NCBI GenBank assembly: GCA_012728165.1
Contig: JAAYFQ010000105.1
Location: forward strand, 26,120 to 90,119
Direction: 5' to 3'
DNA length: 64,000 nucleotides
DNA from: Synergistaceae bacterium
Lineage (GTDB): Bacteria; Synergistota; Synergistia; Synergistales; Synergistaceae
Shown here: positions 59,526-64,000 of the stretch, one piece after another
Layout of the letters: every line of letters starts with the position of its first letter
Position numbering within the stretch: the first letter of the stretch is position 1
Position numbers and translations under genes: made by a program
The notes under the pieces: model-generated
Databases searched by the model: none
Seen by the model: only the letters and a program-made list of their open reading frames with translations
What the model was told of the DNA's origin: nothing

Positions 59526-60473
59526 TTATTTAATAATTTCCTTAATTAATTTTTCTGCAAATGTATATGGGTCTGTTTTACGATTCAAAATGTCATCAAG
59601 ATAACCTGTTTTTTTATACTTATTAAATAAGGTTTCTACTAGGCAAGATATATCTTCTTTTAGTATTCCTTTAACCTCCATTTCCTGCAGTGAATATCGT
59701 CTATTCTTGCCTTCGGCTGAATTGTGAATATATGTCCAATGATCATAAATTTTATTTTTAACTTCTTGAACACCTGTATCTTCTACTGAAGAAACGAGAA
59801 GTACCGGAGGAATCCATTCTTTTTTTTCAATCATATTCAACATTATTTGAACATCAGTCGCAACTTTATTTGCTCCTTCTAAGTCAGACTTATTTACAAC
59901 AAATAAATCGGCTATTTCCATAATACCAGCTTTCATTATTTGTACATCGTCTCCCATTCCTGGCACAAGAACCAAGCATACTGTGTCAGCAATTTTTACA
60001 ATGTCAATTTCAGATTGTCCCACTCCAACTGTTTCAATTATAATAATATTATATCCACATGCATCTAAAATATGTGTAGCATCACTTGTTGCTCTAGATA
60101 CACCCCCTAATGAGCCTCTGGATCCCATACTGCGTATAAACACACTTGAGTCAAGCGCATGTTCCTGCATCCTCAATCTGTCACCTAGAATTGCGCCCCC
60201 AGTAAACGGACTTGAAGGATCTACTGCAATAACTCCAACTTTTTTATTCTCTGACTTAAAATGTTTCAACAAGCAAGCTGTCATGGTGCTTTTCCCAGAA
60301 CCGGGACTGCCTGTTATTCCTATAACGTGTGCATGACCAGAATTAGGATATATTTGTTTCATTATATCTTTAGCGATTGCACTATTAGTTTCAACAAGCG
60401 AAATGAGTCGTCCTATAGAACGTTGATTTCCGTTTAAAGCAAGCTCTAAAATAGTATCCACTACAATACACAC
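59526..60473 (-). CDS. meaB: MeaB/ArgK-family G3E GTPase (methylmalonyl-CoA mutase accessory type)
   Basis: GITGSPGSGKST, AVDPSSP.TGGAILGDR.RM, ETVGVGQSE, and NK.D. The exact start is uncertain (GTG candidates). Confidence 0.85.
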   Translation of the reverse strand: MCIVVDTILELALNGNQRSIGRLISLVETNSAIAKDIMKQIYPNSGHAHVIGITGSPGSGKSTMTACLLKHFKSENKKVGVIAVDPSSPFTGGAILGDRLRMQEHALDSSVFIRSMGSRGSLGGVSRATSDATHILDACGYNIIIIETVGVGQSEIDIVKIADTVCLVLVPGMGDDVQIMKAGIMEIADLFVVNKSDLEGANKVATDVQIMLNMIEKKEWIPPVLLVSSVEDTGVQEVKNKIYDHWTYIHNSAEGKNRRYSLQEMEVKGILKEDISCLVETLFNKYKKTGYLDDILNRKTDPYTFAEKLIKEIIK

Positions 60474-60475
60474 TC

Positions 60476-60712
60476 CTACTTATTAAAAAGAATGTTAATC
60501 CCAGCAAAAGAATAAAAACCAAGCCCTATAGAAGCAGCGAAAACAAATCCTAGTAAAATTCTCAAATAAAGCAAAAACATTGGACTTGCAGTCCATTTTT
60601 CAGATTGGATTTTTATAACAATATTAGCTATAAAAAGCGATACTCCAAAAAACAGTAATGCAACAAATGCTTGAATATTAACAGGTGGTACATTTCTTAG
60701 AAATTTTAGCAA
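60476..60712 (-). CDS. Hypothetical small membrane protein (2-3 predicted TM helices)
   Basis: An ORF with a TTG start that abuts meaB. It has a hydrophobic composition and no recognisable family. Confidence 0.35.
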   Translation of the reverse strand: MLKFLRNVPPVNIQAFVALLFFGVSLFIANIVIKIQSEKWTASPMFLLYLRILLGFVFAASIGLGFYSFAGINILFNK

Positions 60713-60750
60713 TTTATATTCAACCTTTCGTTACTTAACACATTTTCACA

Positions 60751-60779
60751 CAAAAAAAGAGAGGAGATATCTCCTCTCT
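60751..60779 (-). terminator. Intrinsic terminator after the Gfo/Idh/MocA gene
   Basis: Perfect 22-nt palindrome AGAGAGGAGATATCTCCTCTCT, followed on the - strand by U7. Confidence 0.8.
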
Positions 60780-60821
60780 AAATAATAACCCTTGTTCGAT
60801 ATAATGTCATTGACTTATTAC

Positions 60822-61793
60822 TTATATTACAACAACATTCTCAGATAAATTGGAATTTTGTTCATTGATTTGTCTAAGTATTGCCACACAAACTTCAAGA
60901 GCTCTTTTGCCGTCCTTTATACCAACAATAGGTTGTTTGCCATCTCTTACGCAAGAAACAAAATGCTGAAGTTCAAGTTTAAGCGGTTCAGCCTTTGTAA
61001 AAACAGGATGTTCCATTACTTCAAGAACTTTTCCACCACTCTGTTTTACGTGTCGTTGAACTGTTATGTCCTGTGTCTCGTAATTGACGGTAATATAACG
61101 CTCTGGTTCCGTTATCTCCATCTGGCGCGAACGCTTTTCAGAGACTCTACTAACAAGTATCTGAGCCATCGCACCATTTGCGAACATTAACTGTGCAGAA
61201 GCTATATCTTCATGGTCAGTACGTATACATCTGCCTATAGCAGAAATTGAAACAAGTTCCGAGTGTATCATTGACAGAATAATATCTACATCATGAATCA
61301 TCAAATCTAAAACTACTCCGACATCACTAATTCTTGGTGAGAAAGGCCCCATCCTGTGTGTTTGAATAAAATATGGTTCATGTATAAATTCTCTCACATG
61401 TTGTACTGCACTGTTAAAACGTTCAATGTGCCCTACCTGTAATATTAAATCTTTTTTTACAGCGAGTCTTAAGAGTTTTTCCGCTTCGTCAACACTTGTT
61501 GTAACAGGCTTTTCAACAAGAACGTTTACTCCATGCTCCAAAACTGTTTTAGCGACTTCGTAGTGCATACTTGTAGGTACAACTATGCTGATTGCATCAG
61601 GCTTTGCCTGCTTCAAAAAACATTCAATATCAGTAAATGCAGGAACACCAATCGGATCTGCTACAGCGTGTGCTCTATCCTCATCTATATCAACAACACC
61701 AACAAGCTTTGCGCCTAGAATCTCTGTGTATACTCTTGCGTGGTGCATTCCAAGGTGTCCGACTCCGATTACACCTACTTTAATTTCTTCCAC
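60822..61793 (-). CDS. Gfo/Idh/MocA-family NAD(P)-dependent oxidoreductase
   Basis: N-terminal Rossmann motif (VGVIGVGHLG) and the EKP motif (LVEKPV). The start was moved to the GTG 8 nt after AGGAG. Confidence 0.85.
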   Translation of the reverse strand: MEEIKVGVIGVGHLGMHHARVYTEILGAKLVGVVDIDEDRAHAVADPIGVPAFTDIECFLKQAKPDAISIVVPTSMHYEVAKTVLEHGVNVLVEKPVTTSVDEAEKLLRLAVKKDLILQVGHIERFNSAVQHVREFIHEPYFIQTHRMGPFSPRISDVGVVLDLMIHDVDIILSMIHSELVSISAIGRCIRTDHEDIASAQLMFANGAMAQILVSRVSEKRSRQMEITEPERYITVNYETQDITVQRHVKQSGGKVLEVMEHPVFTKAEPLKLELQHFVSCVRDGKQPIVGIKDGKRALEVCVAILRQINEQNSNLSENVVVI

Positions 61794-61855
61794 AAGACTC
61801 ACTCCTATAAATGTTATTATTTTTTACTAACTAATAACATTCTCACCTGTTTACG

Positions 61856-62635
61856 TTAGTTAGTGGTACATTTACCCAAAAGAAATAATCTGCATTTCTT
61901 ATCTCCAGCACGATATGAATAATATGTTTCGCTTTTACAACAAGTACATTCGTCATAAAAATAAATATTATTATTTCTAAACCCACATTTTTTAAGCTGA
62001 TTTTTAATTTGTCCCGGTATATCGAAAAAAACACTTCGTTCTTTTATTTCAATATTATTAATATCAAAGATTTTCATGGCATCAGATGTTTTATTTTCAT
62101 TAATATCTCTACTGTAACAATTCTTACAGATTGATGTCCCTATCCATGCAAATGAGGTATTAGTTATTTTAAAATCTTTATGTTGAATTAATAAATAATC
62201 AATAGCACAGGAAGATATATTTTTCACTGTTCCCCAAAAGCCTGAGTGAAGAAAAAACATCCATGGCTTGGGAAATGTGCCAGCAATAACTACAGGAGCA
62301 CAATCTGCAAAACGCAAACTTGAGTAACATCCAGTTTTTTCATCAATATATATTCCATCTGCATTTATTCTTATAGGTAACGAGTTCTTTTCTTCCGATT
62401 TAATTATTTTGGTTCCATGAACCTGATTGGGCGCAACAAGCTTTTCATTATTGTAATTATGAGACATTTTATTCCAAACAATCTCCTGATTACCCTCAGC
62501 AAAACAATTTATATCATTTTTTAGATAAAGAGTGGCAAAAAATGTTTTTTTAAGTTGTTCTGGCATTATAAAATCGATACGTTCCATGCCGTTAAGATTA
62601 TGTTTAAAAAAACCTAAATGTTCTACTATTATCAA
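61856..62635 (-). CDS. pgeF: YfiH/PgeF (DUF152, laccase-domain) family protein
   Basis: Q.HG..I, ADG, ...DC.P., HSGW.GT and C...CY motifs in family order. The start codon is uncertain. Confidence 0.8.
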   Translation of the reverse strand: MIIVEHLGFFKHNLNGMERIDFIMPEQLKKTFFATLYLKNDINCFAEGNQEIVWNKMSHNYNNEKLVAPNQVHGTKIIKSEEKNSLPIRINADGIYIDEKTGCYSSLRFADCAPVVIAGTFPKPWMFFLHSGFWGTVKNISSCAIDYLLIQHKDFKITNTSFAWIGTSICKNCYSRDINENKTSDAMKIFDINNIEIKERSVFFDIPGQIKNQLKKCGFRNNNIYFYDECTCCKSETYYSYRAGDKKCRLFLLGKCTTN

Positions 62636-62650
62636 CTCCAGATTTTATTA

Positions 62651-63973
62651 TTAAATACTATCTATTTTGTTCTCTAAAAGTTTTAAGTTCTTTTTTATAT
62701 ACCCTATTAGATAAAGACTACCACAACAAATTGTAATCTCTGAATGTGAAAGTGAAGATAAAACAGCATCAATGGGATTTTTATAAGTCGATAAGGATTT
62801 GATTCCAACTTCTTTAGCAATTTGCAAAAGCTTATCCGACTTCATACTGCGTGCCATTTCAGGAATTTCCGTGCAAAATATTGAACAGTCTAGTTTTGAC
62901 AAAATTGAAAGAGATTTTTTTACGTCTTTATCCTGCATCATTGCAAGTACTATTTTGATATGCGACTCCTTAAATAATTGTTTTAAAGTCTCAACAAGAC
63001 TGTGCATAGCATGAGGATTATGAGCTCCATCGAGGATAAGCATTGGAGACTTACTGACTACTTCAAAACGACCTTGGAATATAGTATTAGCGACACCACT
63101 CTGCATCGAAGATTGATCTATAGAAGGAAATCCCTTTTTTAATGCTTCTGCCCCCATAATCGCAAGAGTTGCATTTTTAGTCTGGTGTGTCCCTATTAGA
63201 GGAGTATGATAATCACTTTTAGTCCCATTGTAGGTCACATAAAAATCAGTTCCATGCTCGTTAACTCTAAGTGAATTATATTCACAAAATTTATCAAGAA
63301 TATTACCTATAGAAAAACTTTTCCTTACTGTTTCAAGAAACTGTTGATTTATCACATCATTTCCACCCTGAAAGATAGTCGGTGTATTCTTACGAATAAC
63401 TGCAAATTTCTCAGCAGCTATATCACGTAGAGAATCGCCTAAATATTCTGTGTGATCAATTCCAATGGAGGCAATTAAAGTGAGCCGTATGTTTTTTAAT
63501 ATATTTGTGGCATCTAGACGTCCACCAAGTCCTGCTTCCACAACAGCTATATCAACTTTTTCTTCTGCTATCATCATGAAAGCAAGTACTGTTATAAGCT
63601 CAAAATAGGTAGGAGGGTTTTGAATTAAACACTTATTCAGTTTCATTATTTCTTCAATTTTCCTTAGAGTCTTCATCCATTTTGATACAGAAACATTTTT
63701 ATTATTAATCGAAAGTCTTTCACCAAATGAAACAAGATGAGGGCTTGTATATGTTGCCACTTTGTATCCAGAGTCTATAAGGATAGAAGACAAGGTAGCT
63801 GCAGTAGAACCCTTGCCGTTTGTTCCTACAACATGTACAACGTTAAATTTACGTTCCGGATTATCTACAAACGAAAGAAAATTAGATATCCTAGAAAGAC
63901 CTGGGCAAATTCCTGGCCCGGCTAATGTTTTAAGTTTTTCTTCAAAAATATCAAAAGATTCAGTCTCAGTCAT
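62651..63973 (-). CDS. folC: Bifunctional folylpolyglutamate synthase / dihydrofolate synthase
   Basis: Mur-ligase P-loop (VVGTNGKGST), EAGLGGRLDATN, LDGAHNPH. Confidence 0.9.
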   Translation of the reverse strand: MTETESFDIFEEKLKTLAGPGICPGLSRISNFLSFVDNPERKFNVVHVVGTNGKGSTAATLSSILIDSGYKVATYTSPHLVSFGERLSINNKNVSVSKWMKTLRKIEEIMKLNKCLIQNPPTYFELITVLAFMMIAEEKVDIAVVEAGLGGRLDATNILKNIRLTLIASIGIDHTEYLGDSLRDIAAEKFAVIRKNTPTIFQGGNDVINQQFLETVRKSFSIGNILDKFCEYNSLRVNEHGTDFYVTYNGTKSDYHTPLIGTHQTKNATLAIMGAEALKKGFPSIDQSSMQSGVANTIFQGRFEVVSKSPMLILDGAHNPHAMHSLVETLKQLFKESHIKIVLAMMQDKDVKKSLSILSKLDCSIFCTEIPEMARSMKSDKLLQIAKEVGIKSLSTYKNPIDAVLSSLSHSEITICCGSLYLIGYIKKNLKLLENKIDSI

Positions 63974-64000
63974 TATTTATTCCGTTAGACTTGCAAGATT

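Noticed and set aside
63977-64000. An open frame on the - strand ending in TAA just upstream of folC (...NLASLTE*), possibly the 3' end of valS by synteny.
   Set aside because: Only 7 codons are visible, so no identification is possible.
1-64000. Search for CRISPR arrays, IS elements, integrases, prophage or toxin-antitoxin/defence modules, including around the tRNA-Val gene as a potential integration site.
   Set aside because: No spaced direct repeats, no transposase, integrase or phage-like ORFs, and no compositional break were seen. The tRNA is flanked directly by guaB and thiC.

Overview
This AT-rich window is a densely packed chromosomal segment made up almost entirely of housekeeping genes. 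I found no transposases, integrases, phage genes, CRISPR arrays, rRNA or recognisable defence islands.

The left half (1-33.8 kb) is mostly on the + strand:
- uvrC 3' end, riboflavin operon ribD-ribE-ribBA-ribH, serS
- a membrane-domain/TagA fusion, ybaB-recR, yacL-like PIN/TRAM protein, fused ispDF, guaB
- a stand-alone tRNA-Val(GAC)
- on the - strand: thiC behind a TPP riboswitch, and a serA/class-V aminotransferase operon
- mltG, tldD, ftsK, rpmB (-), xseB-ispA-dxs-tlyA-nadK-recN, rplU-rpmA, obg, nadD, an LCP-family protein, rsfS

The right half (34.2-64 kb) is entirely on the - strand:
- folC, pgeF, a Gfo/Idh/MocA oxidoreductase, meaB-like GTPase, an rpiB-upp fusion
- tagO/wecA, UDP-GlcNAc 2-epimerase, murA, a P-loop/Asp23-like fusion, family-4 UDG
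- uppS-cdsA-dxr-rseP-ispG, argF, nadE, yebC-ruvC-ruvA-ruvB, queA
- rapZ-yvcK-whiA, a glycogen debranching enzyme, gap-pgk-tpiA

Gene order is Firmicutes/Clostridia-like, but several features are atypical for classical Firmicutes: fused IspDF, L27 without a propeptide, and no prp. I cannot assign a taxon from sequence alone.

I did not find a convincing novel multi-gene system. The most interesting observations are:
1. A strong promoter, a leader of about 210 nt and an intrinsic terminator directly upstream of the serine-biosynthesis operon. It has an alternative antiterminator pairing and matches no riboswitch or T-box signature I can recognise.
2. A dif-like XerC/D site exactly at the point where the + and - gene blocks converge, which is probably the replication terminus.
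3. A TagA/WecG transferase fused to what looks like a catalytically degenerate WecA/TagO-like membrane domain.
4. An uncharacterised P-loop NTPase fused to an Asp23-like domain.
5. An RpiB-Upp fusion protein.

Start codons were refined by eye from Shine-Dalgarno spacing where the ORF track gave N-terminal extensions.
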